A stretch of 64,000 nt of DNA, from the NCBI RefSeq assembly GCF_009914755.1, contig NC_060933.1; one strand, 5' to 3'. Below the pieces are notes generated by a model. It saw only the letters and a program-made list of their open reading frames with translations, was not told where the DNA came from and did not search any database. This stretch comes from the human T2T-CHM13v2.0 reference genome, Homo sapiens. Positions 14,760-41,399 of the stretch are shown piece after piece; the stretch's first letter is position 1, and each line of letters starts with the position of its first letter. The position numbers were made by a program, and so were the translations under genes.

Positions 14760-15000
14760 GTGATTTTTTAAAAGATGTACTATTTTGAAATGTATAATAC
14801 ATACGGAGAAGTGTATGAAATATGTACAATTTAAAGATAAGGAAAAATTCATGCCTGTGTGCCCACCACCTAGTGAAGAAATACAACCTGGACACCACTT
14901 TGGAAGCCTGTCTGTGTTCACCCGTTGCATTCTCCCTCCTCCCCCAGCCCAGGTATCCTCCAACCTTTAGCCATCCTCTGACTTTCTTTAGTTTCATTGC
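14760..15000 (-). mobile_element. L1ME 3'-end remnant, cut at the block junction
   Basis: Diverged L1M 3'UTR-like sequence ending abruptly at an Alu right arm. Confidence 0.55.
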
Positions 15001-16004
15001 CTGAAGTCCGAGCTACTAGGGAGGCTGAGGCAGGAGCTTTGCTTGAACCCAGGAGCAGAGGTTGCAGTGAGCCAAGATTGCCCCATTGCACTCCACCCTG
15101 GGTGACAGTGTGAGACTCCCTCAAAAAAAAAAAGTTTGTGGGACCAATTCCAATCGAGTCAAGGGGTCTCAATTGGCCAAGGCAGTCTCAAACTTCTGAC
15201 CCAAAGTGATCTGCCTGGTTCGGCCTCCCAAAATGCTGGGATTGTAGGCGTGAGCCACCATGCCTGGCCTCCCCTCCTTTTCATTCAGGGATTTTAAATG
15301 TTTTATTTGCTCCATCTGTTATGTATGATTGCCTTGATGATTTCAGCTTGAATTAAAATTACATATTTTTGCCTGTGTTTATTAATATTTAAACATATTA
15401 AAATAATACATGTTCATAATGAAAATGAAACATTACAAATAAATACACAGGAAAGGCAGTATTCCCCTTCCAGTTCCACTCTTGAAATAACCAGTTAACA
15501 GGATGATAAACATCTTTCCATGATGTTCTCCAAGATTCATATAATTATTTGCAATCATACAATGGCATACACAGCTCAGTCGCGGTGGCTCACGCATGTA
15601 ATCCCAGTACTTTGGGAGACTGAACCGGGTGGATCATTTGAGGTCAGGAGTTCAAGACTAGCCTGGCCAACATAGAGAATCCCCATCACTACAAAAAACA
15701 CAAAAATTATCTGGGCGTGGTGGTGGACGCTTGTATTCCCAGCTACTTGTGAGGTGGAGGCATGAGAATCACTTGAACCTGGGAGATGAAGGTTACAGGG
15801 AGCCGAAATCGCATTACTTCACTCCCACCTGGGAGACAGAGTGAGATTCCATCTCAATAAATAAATAAATAAAGAGAAAGAAAGAGAGAAAAAAAGAAAG
15901 ATGAAAGAAACAAAGAAAAAAGGAAGAAAGAGAGAGAAAAAAAGACAGAGAAAGGAAGCAAGCAAGCAAGCAAGCAACCAAGAAAGAAAGAAAGAAAAAA
16001 AATA

Positions 16005-16310
16005 GAAAGAAAAAGAAGTCATGTGCTCAGGTTGCTAGGATCGATGGTAAGAACAAATCCTCTAGCGGTGAAAATGTAAGAAGGAAAAAGAAATTTCTGT
16101 TAGTCTTGTTTGTTGGACCCCAAGCTCTAAAAATACAGCCACATGTGTGATAAGTACTTAGTTAAGATGAAAAAGGCATTAAATTTGTGCATGGAAATCA
16201 TAAACAGAAATGTGTTCTGATTGACAGCAATTGGGTCAATGCTATCCAAGGTTCAGGCATCCACTGCGGGTCTTAGAACACATCTCCTGCAGATAAGGGA
16301 GGGCTACTAT
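16005..16310 (+). mobile_element. MER44 (Tigger7-derived DNA transposon)
   Basis: gataagtacttagttaagatgaaaaaggcattaaatttgtg and terminal caggcatccactgcgggtcttagaac...gataagggagggctact. Confidence 0.85.
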
Positions 16311-16670
16311 ATAACGTTTCTTTCTTTTTTTCTTCAATTATAAAGCATTCTCCTTTTTCATATAACAATTTGCCATTGATATCACTTTAGGTATAAAGAT
16401 ATTAGGATATCTTTATAGTAGATAAAAAGCTAACTCATTATTTGTAAGAGTTAAAGTATCTTCCATTATATGAGCATTTAAAATGCTAAAGTACTTTTGC
16501 CACCAAAAATAGTGCTTCTGTAAATATTCTTTTACTTATACCTTTATTAATTTTTACTTCTGCTGAAAGAAATTGCATGAGGAAACAAATGTATGTGTAT
16601 AAAATGTAATAAATGTATATATATTTAATATGTGTATATACAACTTAATATATACACATACATACAATAA

Positions 16671-16802
<132 letters not shown>

Positions 16803-17173
16803 TGAGTAGCCGGGAATACAGGCATCTGCCACCAAGTCCAGCTATGTCTTTTCGGTGGAGATGGGTTTTCACCATGTTGGCCAGGCTGCTCTCCAACTCC
16901 TGACCTCAAGTGGTCTGCTGACCTTGCCCTCCCAAGGTGCTGGAATTACACATGTGAGCCACCGCGCCTGGCCTAACATATACAATTTAATGTATATACA
17001 AATATAGGTTGGGTGCAGTGGCTCACTCCTGTAATCCTAGCACTTTGGGGAGCTGAGGTAGGGGATTCTTTGAACCCAGGAGTTTGAAACCAGCATGGGC
17101 ATCATGGTGAAACCCTGTCTGTACAAAAAACACACAAATTAGTTGGGTGTGGTGGCACGTGCCTGTGCTCTCA

Positions 17174-17362
<189 letters not shown>

Positions 17363-17417
17363 CTAATTTCACCAGCAATATATGTGACTACTTATTTCCT
17401 ACATACTCACTATCACT

Positions 17418-17963
17418 TGTGTGCAGTCAAGGAAACTTAGTAGGCCTGAATTGCCCAAACCTGGCATACTCCAAAGAATGGTGTGACTCTAGCCCAGCTC
17501 CTGGGAAATAACCTCTAAGTCCTTGGAATCTCCTGCCTATCTGGAAGTTAACAATGTGATTTATTGTGGGGACCTTGGACCATGCAGTGTCAGCTTGACC
17601 TTGGGAAGGGTGGAGACAGAGAAACTAAGGTCATCCAAATGGGTGCTCTTGTCCATGAGACCAACCTCCAGTAAAACCCTCAACCCCAAGGCTCAGGTAA
17701 GCTTCTTGTTGGGGAGTATTTTCTGTACTTTCTGCCACATATCGTTGGGTGAATTTAGCACTGTTCACATGATGCCACTGGGAGAGGACAACTGGAAGCT
17801 TGTGCTTGGTTTCTCCTGGACTCTGCCCTATACACCTTTTTCTGCTGCTGATTTTAATCTGTATCCTTTTGTTGCAATAAACTATAACTATGAGTATAAC
17901 AGCTGGACTCAGTTTTGTGAGTCCTTCTAATCAATCACTGAACTTTTGGGACCCCAAAACACA
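17418..17963 (+). mobile_element. MER77/MER21-group LTR
   Basis: TG...CA ends; ctcctgggaaataacctctaag, gggagaggacaactggaagct, aataaac. Confidence 0.8.
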
Positions 17964-18163
17964 ATGTTGTTTCTTAATTGAATTTTCCATGTTATGTAAG
18001 GCATAATTGAAAATCCCACACTAAGAAGGAGCTCTCCATGCAGTCTACTCCCCACCGTGTGTCTCCAATAGTCCCAAGTCTACTTTCTGAATAATCAAAT
18101 ATTTAAATTTTCTAAACTATTTATAATCCATATATCTGAGTGCTTATCTCTGTTATATAATAG

Positions 18164-18489
<326 letters not shown>

Positions 18490-19004
18490 CCTCCTTCTTA
18501 ATGTATCAACTTGATATATTACCTGATGGCTTCGTGTTCTGATAGCTGATGACTTGGCTGACACTCACCCCTTACCACAGTGCCTGTACCACTTTCCTTA
18601 TATGGTGCTCTCACTATTTTCTTTTTCTTTTCTTTTCTTCTTTTTTTTTTATTTTGAGACAGAGTCTTGCTCTGTCACCCAGGCTACAGTGCAGCGGTGC
18701 AATCTCAGCTCACTGCAACCTCCGCCTCCCAGGTTCAAGTGATTCTGCTGCCTCAGCCTCATGAGTAGCTGGGATCACAGGCACGAGCCACCATGCCCAG
18801 CTAATTTTTGTATTTTTAGTAGAAGCGGGGTTTCGCCATCTTGGCCAGGCTGGTCTCAAACTCCTGATCTTGTGATCCACCCACCTCGGCCTCCAAAAGT
18901 GTTGGGATTACAGGTGTGAGCCACCGACCCGACCACTCTCACTATTTCCAATGGCTCTATTGGTTACCATTCACAACATTCAACAATTAGACTTATATCT
19001 CATT

Positions 19005-20255
<1,251 letters not shown>

Positions 20256-20389
20256 GATCCCTTACTCTGTAGCAAGTTCTGTATGCATAAGCCTCTCTTT
20301 GTTCTTATTTTGGTGGCCTCTGTTTATTTACACAAAGAGAAAGAACTGCTATTCCCATAAATCATGGCTTTCAAAATGGTCACAGTTCA

Positions 20390-24054
<3,665 letters not shown>

Positions 24055-24059
24055 AGCTT

Positions 24060-25305
24060 ACAGTTTTATTGAAAACCCCATTTAACTCAAAACAGCTTGT
24101 TTCTTATAAATAATAGTTTTTGTTTGTTTTTACAAATGGCTATGAAATCATCAAGATTTGTGGATCATCAATAAAAGAAACATCCTGATAAAGTCGAGAA
24201 ACAGAATATTTAAAAAGTTTAAAATAGAATTTTGAACTGTAACACTGTTACTTCTTATTTAAGAAGGACAAGCCGTGGGGTGAGGTGGCTCACACCTGTA
24301 ATCCCAACACTTTGGGAGGCCGAGGTGGGTGTATCACATGAGCCCAGGAGTTGGAGACCAGCCTGGGTAATATGGTGAAATCTTGTCTCCACTAAAAACA
24401 CAAAAACTAGCCTGGCATGGTGTGTGCACCTGTAATTCCAGGTACTCGGGAGGCTGAGGCAGGAGACTCGCTTCAACCTGAGAGGTGGAGGATGCAGTGA
24501 GCCGAGATTGCAGCACCATGCTCCAGCCTGGACTATAGAGCAACACTCGGTATAAAAAAAAAAAAAAAAAAGGATAAGCAAACAAATTATGATGAAATAA
24601 TTGCCTTATAAAATTGCAGAAATAGGCCAGGTGTGGTGACTCATGCCTGTAATCCCAGCAATTTGGGAGGCCGAGGCAGGTGCATCACCTGAGGTCGGGA
24701 GTTTGAGACCGGTCTGGCCAACATGGTGAAACCCCGTCTCTACTAAAAATACAAAGTTAGCCGGGCGTGGTGGCACATGCCTGTAATCCCAGCTACTCGG
24801 GAGGCTGAGGCAGAAGAATCACTTGAGTCCCGGAGACGGAGCTTGTAGTGAGCTGAGATCATGCCACTGCACTCCAGCCTGGCTAACACAGTGAGACTCT
24901 GTCTCAAAAAAAAAAAAAAGAAAAAAAGAAAAGATTACAGAAATCATTGTAAAACCCCATAGTGCTTTGTACTTGCTGAAACTGTCACAAGACTCACATG
25001 AGAGACGGTAACTTCAATAGTGATGTAACACATTACCACTATTTCACAATCACTCCTATTGAGCAATAATTCAATTCAAAGATGCATTAATGAGATGTCA
25101 GGTAATACCAAAGAGTAGCTGATTAATCAAGTAAGTTTCCTATTCAGATCAATGAAATCAGTTACTGAGAGTAAGGCCTGACAATAGGACATGTTTGTTA
25201 TTTCAATAATGACTGCAAACTAAAAGAAGAGATATTGTTTGTAAAATCTTTAGACGCTGACCATACCAGAGTATCTATTCTTGCTGCTATAAAAACTTGG
25301 TTTGG
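24060..25305 (+). mobile_element. hAT-Charlie transposase fossil split by two Alus (24271-24571, 24625-24933)
   Basis: Manual translation: MKSSRFVDHQ*KKHPDK; YKIAEI..KPH; LSNNSIQRCINEMSGNTKE*LINQV; FPIQINE; LKEEILFVKSLDADHTRVSILAAIKTWF, colinear with ZBED5/SCAND3-type Charlie transposases. Confidence 0.82.
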
Positions 25306-25379
25306 GGCTGGGTGCAGTGGCTCATGCCTGTAATCTCAGCACTATCATTTTCTCATATGAATCGGAAAATGCTGACTTC

Positions 25380-25750
25380 TACATCCTAAATCTAAACTAA
25401 TTTCCCACTCACTTGCTAAGCTTCAGTCACACCAGGCTGCTTTCTGTTTCTGGAACGATCCAAGCGCTCTCTGATTTTTCAGGGTCTTCAGTGTAACTGT
25501 GCCTCTGCTTGGAATACCCTTCCACACTGCTGGCTCCTCACCACCAAAGCTCGAGGGTTATCTCTCAGACACCCGTCCTATCAATGCTACGGGAAGTATC
25601 CCTCAAGTTACTGCCTATACCACCTATTGATATATTTCATAGTATTTATCACAATATAAAATTACTTCATCTTCCCCTTTTAATTTAAAATCTTTTTTTT
25701 TCTCCAGACTAGAATGTAAACCTCATGTGGGCAGCAGACATGTCTGCTTA
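25380..25750 (+). mobile_element. L2 3' region
   Basis: ctctgcttggaataccctt...ccagactagaatgtaaacctcatgtgggcag. Confidence 0.72.
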
Positions 25751-25934
25751 CTTATTTTTTGAGACGGAGTCTCGCTCTGTCACCCAGGCTGGAGTGCAAG
25801 GCGCGATCCCGGCTCACTGCAACCTCCACCTCCCGGGTTCAAGCGATTCTGCTGCCCCAGCCTTCCAAGAAGCTGAGATTACAGGTGCCCACCAGGCCCG
25901 GCTAATTTTTGTATTTTTAGCAGGGGAGCAGTCG

Positions 25935-26115
25935 GGCTCTGGACTACATTTCCCGGAGGATTCTGCGGGCCAATACCATGTCTCGCGAGATTTTGGCTTC
26001 CTCTTAGCCAGGTGGCAGAATCTTTCGCTGTGCCCAATTAGCTGCTGCCACGCCTTGGAGTCCGGAGTAACTTGGCCAGGCCGGCCCCGAGCGGAACTAG
26101 AGAAAGCTGAGGATG
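25935..26115 (+). promoter_or_regulatory. CpG-rich KRAB-ZNF-type promoter and putative non-coding exon 1
   Basis: ZNF143 SBS actacatttccc (25943-25954), CCAAT (25970-25974), perfect TCTCGCGAGA palindrome (25981-25990), followed by a GT-rich intron-like stretch. Confidence 0.85.
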
Positions 26116-26545
26116 AGGAATCCGGCTCTGGTCCTTTTGTGTGTGGAGGGCTGAGGAGAGGAGTTTGCGTGTGTGATTGCCATGGTTGCCGTGGGTCTTC
26201 GTGGTCTGTGACTGTGGCTGTGTGGTGCTGACTCTGGGTGATCAGGTGGGCGCTTGTGACTGTGCGCGCTCGGAGTGGATGTGTGTGTCCTGGACGAGCC
26301 GCGCTGTGTGTGCGGATGTGGACAACCGGTGACTGTGTAGTGGGGGCTGCGTGTCCCAAGGTGGGTGTGTGACTTTGCGTGTGTGTGCAGTACTGTGTGT
26401 GCATGAGTTGCAGGTCTGTGGCTGTGCAGGTGCAACTTGTGTGGCCCCGTGGTCTGTGTGAGAGAGGAGAGTGTGATTGGCTGTGAGGCAGAGGGTAAGT
26501 GGATATAGGGAGGCATGTGTGCGATTGGAAATTTGTGTGTCCCCT

Positions 26546-27510
26546 TGAGAGAAAAAACCCTTTAGGGAGTTAGAGCGGGTCCTTGGTAAAACTCCTTTCA
26601 ACAGAGAAACAGCCTGAAAAATCAGGCTGCAGGCACAGAGAAGGAAAACTAGCAAAGGGGGTTGTCCTAAAGACATTCCTCAGCTGCATTGATAGGGGAC
26701 CGAGGCCCAACATAGAAATGCCTTTGTCCTTTGTGTGACCAGTGGGCTTCCAGGAAATAGTCGCTTTTTTGTGGGCATGTATATGGTGGGCTCTGTTAGA
26801 TTTTGAAGGGAAGGTGAAGGTTAAAGAAAGAGAGAGAGTTGGCAGCTCTATGGAGGGGACCAACTAAATGCCAGAGCCCACTGCCGCTTACAGGCTGGAG
26901 TAATTATAGGCCTGGGCAGGAGGGATCTGGGCAGTATAGCTTGTTGCCTGGGAGCATGTTGATAAGGATGTTTCTTGGGCCTTTCCCCAGCAGGATGTGA
27001 TAAGGAAGTCAGGCGGTTGGGGAGGATGTTTCTCGCAGCCCAAACCCCAGTGGAATGTTTCCCTCTGACCAGGGTCTGTGAAATGGTGGGGGCTTACAAA
27101 TCGGTGCAGCTTGGACTAACAGGCTCTGGTGACCACTTTCCTTTTCTGGACATGCTTTGGACTGTGAGCCGAGCCTCTATGAATCATCACTTCAGCCCCT
27201 GATTGGTCCTGGGCCAAACTTTCACTTCAGCCCCTGCTTGGTCTTGGGCCAAAATTTCACTTCAGCCTCTGGTTGGTCCCAAGCTAAGGTCCCGGGCCAA
27301 GCGAAGTTGTGCTTTCTCCAAGACAGGTCACAGACTAGTGAGCACATTCTTCCCCTTCCCAGTTCACAAAACCCCCAGATTCAGCCTTCTAGTTGGCAAC
27401 CCTCTTTCGGGTCCCCTCTCCGCTGGGGAGAGCTTTCTTCTTTTGCATATTAAACTTCTGTTCCAACCTCATCCTTTGTGTCCACGTTCCTTAACATTCT
27501 TGGCTGTGAG
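26546..27510 (+). mobile_element. ERV1 LTR (LTR25/MER61/LTR9 group), interrupted by a nested LTR
   Basis: gggtccttggtaaaactcctttcaacagagaaacagcctgaaaaatcaggctgcaggcacag; three ~36-bp tcacttcagcc..tg.ttggtc repeats; ttcgggtcccctctccgctggggagagc. Confidence 0.8.
26794..27121 (-). mobile_element. Nested solo ERV1 LTR (MER48-like)
   Basis: Ends TGTTAG...CTAACA with a perfect 5-bp TSD GGCTC (26789-26793 and 27122-27126). Confidence 0.88.
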
Positions 27511-27819
27511 GGAAAGAAGGCAAAGACAAGAGCCTTTATCCTAACAACTCAATTGCTGGAGAGAAGATTCATGCATATTCTATGTGGCATCACATGCCAT
27601 AGCCCTGGGATTGAAAGACATGCAGTTTAAGGGATGGTGTTAATCTCAGTCCAAATAGGTAATAAGATCTTTCCCTTTGCTATATTTTAGGGGTAGGAAT
27701 GAGATTGGGGGTTTGATCAATAATTTGTACCCATAGGACCAGTGATTTGCCCAGTCATCTGTGAGTAAATGCTTGGACCAGTTTCCATGTCTGTATTGAA
27801 TTAAAAACTCATACGGTTC

Positions 27820-28950
<1,131 letters not shown>

Positions 28951-29001
28951 GGGTTCACATTGGGGGTCCTCAACCTCAAATCCATCAACTCCATCGCTGA
29001 A

Positions 29002-34971
<5,970 letters not shown>

Positions 34972-35075
34972 TTACTGTAATATTCTTGAAGCCTTGCCAG
35001 GCGTAGGCTGTGTGCTTTTCAACTCTATTTCATTTATTTGGGAAATCATATACCAATGTATTTATTCATTCCCAG

Positions 35076-35156
35076 CTCTAACCATGGAATACTGGGAATG
35101 TCCCTTTCTATGAAGGAGGTTTGCCGGCCACAACAGGAAGATTCATGAACATGGAG
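35076..35156 (+). pseudogene. Start-codon exon (5'UTR plus ATG AAC ATG GAG = MNME at 35145-35156)
   Basis: Acceptor ttcattcccag, donor GAG|gtactt; phase 0 matches the KRAB-A exon. Confidence 0.8.
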
Positions 35157-35286
35157 GTACTTTGTTGAAGTTACACTAATTTTTTTACTCTTCCCCACTC
35201 TCAGCCTAGCTGGTCTGCTCACTGTATTCTCTCCATCCTTCAGCACCCTTCCATCTCTTCCTTCATCTTAAAAATCTTTCCTTTAA

Positions 35287-35446
<160 letters not shown>

Positions 35447-35679
35447 GTAAGGATGTCTATCCCCAAATAACTCATGAATTTTGGGTGTAGCTTTCACTTG
35501 TCTGGGTGACTTTTCACCTGCTGATTAGGGAATTGTTTTGTGTTTTGTAGATTAATAGATGGGCAGCTCTTTGGGGTCCCTCCATCTTCTCCATGCTTCA
35601 GACCTTTACACCTTCCTCTAGTCCTTCGTGACTACTAAGGGACTAACTTTGAATTCAGGAACAGCACGAGTATGTCTTA

Positions 35680-36136
<457 letters not shown>

Positions 36137-36139
36137 TAA

Positions 36140-36244
<105 letters not shown>

Positions 36245-37085
36245 TAAGGACTGAGCAGATGGGGAAGGCACTGCTGTTTAGAACCCAGCCCATCAGGGAG
36301 GCAGCGCCGTAAAGGTATTGGTTGGGGAATCTCTTCTGCAAGGTCCCACGTAAGAGTTGTGGCCTAAGACACATGGAGAAAAGTCAAGATACCACCCCCC
36401 CCCCCCCACAAACACACTCTTTTTTAAATTTTTTTTTTAATTTGAGAGAGAGTCTTGCTCAGTCACCCAGGCTGGAGAACAGTGATGCGATTTTGGCTCA
36501 CTGCAACCTCCGCACCCAGGTTGAAGCGATTCTCCTGCCTCAGCCTCTAAAGGAACTGGCATTATAGGCACCTGCCACCATGCCCAGCTAATTTTTGTAT
36601 TTTTAGTAGAGACGGCATTTCACCATGTTGGCTAGGCTGGCCTCGAACTCCTGACCTCAGGTGATCCACCTGCCTTGGCCTCCGAAAGTGCTGGTATTAC
36701 AGGTGTGAGCCACTGTGTCTGGCCGAGAACCCCCTTTTACCTCCACCTCTTCAGTCTGTGCTACCCTCTTGTCATAATTTCTTTCCATTTCAAAGAATAA
36801 CATTCCCTTCTTCAGAAGCCATCCTGTTTCCTCTATCTTGGAGCTACTTCTTTCACTTTAAAATTTAAACCCGTGTTGTTGCTTTAAAAACAAATCTTTT
36901 AAAATATATTTATTTTTCATACTGATCCTTGACTTTTTTTTGCCTTGTCTTTTCTTGGCTAGTTTTCCTTTAATGCAGCCATTTCATGCATCAATAGATA
37001 TTCATTCACTATTTTTTTTTTGGATACAGAGTCTCACTCTGTAGCCCGGGCTGGAGTGCAGTGCGCGATCTCGTCTCACTGCAAG

Positions 37086-38175
<1,090 letters not shown>

Positions 38176-38409
38176 AGAAATAGACAAAGCAAACCTTAAT
38201 GTATGAACTCAAACAAATGCTTTCACTGCCAGGCTCCATCTTTGCAAAACTGAACCTAGGACAATGTGCACGTTTCTAACTAGCAATTCTGGAGGACAGA
38301 TCAGGGAGGCAACGTGAGCTTGCTTTTCTGCAGTTTAATTGACTGGTCAGTAAAGTCAGTGTTTGCAGGCATTTTCAATGTTCTGTAGTGGGCTTCAGTT
38401 CCTATGGCA

Positions 38410-38920
38410 GTGTGGCAGGCCAGGTTTCCAATAGCAACCAGAACAGTTTCTACTAACCCTTTACTATAATTTTGATGAATGCATAAGTTAAAGTTAAAGA
38501 AATGGAGAAACTTGTGCCTGAGTATCAGGGATGGAATGTGAAAACAAACCCATTGAGACCCCACCTGGGTTTTCTCAGACCCTAAAGTCTGATCGAATAA
38601 TGATAGCATTGGTACACATTCACCTCGGCCTGTCTTAGGATTCAGAAACTTTCCAAGACTCTAGAGAAATCTTTCCAGATGCTAGACCCGAGTTAAAGAT
38701 TAGATGTTGATTGAATGAAACACTCCTGCTTGTAGGTGCAATCCCACGTGGAGCTTAAGATGTATATAAGCACTAGAAAAAAAAAAAAAAAACTTGTAAC
38801 TTTGAATTGATCTGGTGAATTACCTGGTGCTTCTCCCTGTAAGTGGCTGCGGAAATAAACTTCCTTCTTGCCCAGTCTGTCTGTGTCTTGTTATTGAACA
38901 ATTGCAATGGACCTGCCCAG
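38410..38920 (+). mobile_element. ERV solo LTR, subfamily uncertain
   Basis: tgtggcaggccagg start, tatataag TATA box, aataaac poly(A) signal. Confidence 0.6.
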
Positions 38921-39319
38921 CAAAGTCCTCTTTTGTGTGGTTATCTGGGACTCCTTTTGGAGGGAACATTTAAAATTTTCCATTTCAAAGCATTCTGTTG
39001 GCACTCTTACACTGTTTTTCTCTGCCTACCCTGGGACCTGAGTTCTCCTGGACGCGAATCTCCAGCCACAGAGCCTAGAAGCCCATTCCTCCACATTCTG
39101 TGACTGTTCCCCAAACACAGGGAGAATTTTCAGAAAATAAGCCTAAAAATGTTGCCATTCTTTGCAATAAAACCCCACATTACAAACTGCTGAAAACAGG
39201 ATTTTAGCCTGAATAGGTTTTTCCTCTATTTGAAACCCTTTACAATTTTGGAGGGAAGTTTCCAAATCAATCAGTAAGTACCCCCCACCCCAGGTTTATC
39301 CTTATGTAAAGTGACCCCT

Positions 39320-39660
39320 TTGCACATGCAAGATTGAATAAACCTTGAAAATATTATGCTAAGTGAAAGAAGCCAGTCACAAAGGACCACATGTTATGTA
39401 ATTCCATTTAAATAAAATGTCCAAAATAGACCAATACATAGAAGCAGAAAGTAGATTTGTGGTGGCCCAGGGTTAGGGGAGTTGGGGGGAAATGGAGGGA
39501 TATGGTATTTACTTCAGGGTAATGAAAATGATCTAAAATTTATTGTGGTGATGTTTGCATAACAGTGCAAATATACTGAAAACCACTGAATTTTACACTT
39601 TAAATCAGTGGCTTCTGTGGTATGTTATCAATATTTCTCAATAAAACTTCAAAAAAAAAG
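39320..39660 (+). mobile_element. L1MB-type 3' end
   Basis: ttatgctaagtgaaagaagccagtcacaaaggaccaca...ctcaataaaa plus A tail. Confidence 0.9.
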
Positions 39661-40095
39661 TGCCTATGTGTCTTTTTGTTTATTATTCCTCCAGAGTCCA
39701 GTCCATAGTTTTTACATTTGATGAAGAAATTAAGATTTTGTTTCTTCTTCTTCTATTTTTTTTTTTTTTTTGAGACAGAATCTCCCTCTGTTGCCCAGAA
39801 TGGAGTGCATTGGCACAATCATGGCTCAGTGCAACCTCCAGGATAATTTTTGTATTTTTAGTAGAGACAGCGTTTCACCATGGTGGCTAGACTGGTCTCA
39901 AACTTCTGATCTCAAGTGAGTCCCACACCTTGGTTTCCAAAATTGCTGGGATTACAGGCATGAGCCACCGCACCCAGCCCAAGATTTAGTTTCTGTTGTT
40001 TTGATGCCCTAGGGCCATCTTATTCTACCTTAATTTCCGACGCATCATCTCAGTGGAAATTTTACCTTAGGCCCCAAAGTATTTTCCTCTTTTTA

Positions 40096-40218
<123 letters not shown>

Positions 40219-41399
40219 TTATCTACAAAAAAAATTTTAATTAGGTGGGCATATTGGTGCATGCCTGTGGTCTCAGCTTACTACATAGGCTGAGGGAGGA
40301 TCACTTGAGCCCAGGAGGTTGAGGCTACAGTGGCCATGATTATACCACTGCACTCCAGCCTGGGTGACAGAGCGATAGTCTGTCTTAAAAAAAAAACTGA
40401 TTGGAATTTTTTTTTTTTAGAAAACAAAGTATAGACTTAGTGAGTTGATACAAATGAATGAATTTGATAATCTACAGAAACAAAAACAAATAAATAAATA
40501 AAAACCCAAAGCCATTCTTCTTATGTGAATCTCTGGTGTCTCTGAATTATAAGAATTGTGAATTATGATTAATAACAAATATGCATGACAAGGACTCAAT
40601 AAGGGATAGGCATTAATAAACTGCAATGCACATTTACTGGAGTAAGGCCTTTAAAGATGTACAAGAGAAAGAAAGAAAAGGCATTGAAAAATTGCATTGC
40701 CTACCAAAATGCTAAAGTTTACCTAAGTCCATTAATCAGCACACACAGGCAATGGGTGTGTAAAATGGTCAACACAGTCTCCTATGAATGTATCCTTTTA
40801 TTAATAGGTCTGTGGGGGTAAGAGATGAGGTTCTATAGATCCTGGAATCAGGGATGGGGAATCTGTGAGTTCCCTGGGGTGAGAGATGACGATCTGTAGA
40901 TTAGTGATGGGTGGTCTTTGGGATAGTGATGAAGTCCATGGAATCAATGATTGTGGGTATGTAGGGTCAGTGATGAGGGAATCTGGTGTCAGTGATGGGA
41001 TGTGTGTTTAATCAATCTGTGAAAGCCAGATTTGTGGAGTCATCTCTCAGGCTGACACATCCTGATCTGTGTGTCAGTCGTGGAAATTCTATGGGGTCAG
41101 AGTGTGACTGTCAGGTCCCTGACACTGTGTGTTCTGGGTCTGGCCAAGTGCACAGATTCCCTTGCCTTGTCCTGGCTGGGGAGGCCCTTCTCAAGGACTC
41201 CTCACATAAAAGGTGGGTTGGCGGTGGGTTTTGTTTTTGTTTTCGTTTTGCGGTGGAGGTGGGGGTGGGTTAGCTTTTTCTTTAGGGTTTAGTTTTGCCT
41301 CTTAGAGACCACAGACACATGCAGCTTTTAGGAAGAAATTTCTGTCTGGGTGGTCGCTAGGTCCTTTGGGCCAAGCCATCTAATGGGAGTAAAACTGAC

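Noticed and set aside
26655-26682. p53 response element in the MER61/LTR25-like LTR
   Set aside because: Both half-sites (ggggttgtcc, agacattcct) have mismatches in the CWWG core.
27186-27295. Three ~36-bp direct repeats as a CRISPR-like array
   Set aside because: No spacers, eukaryotic context; internal tandem repeats of an ERV LTR.
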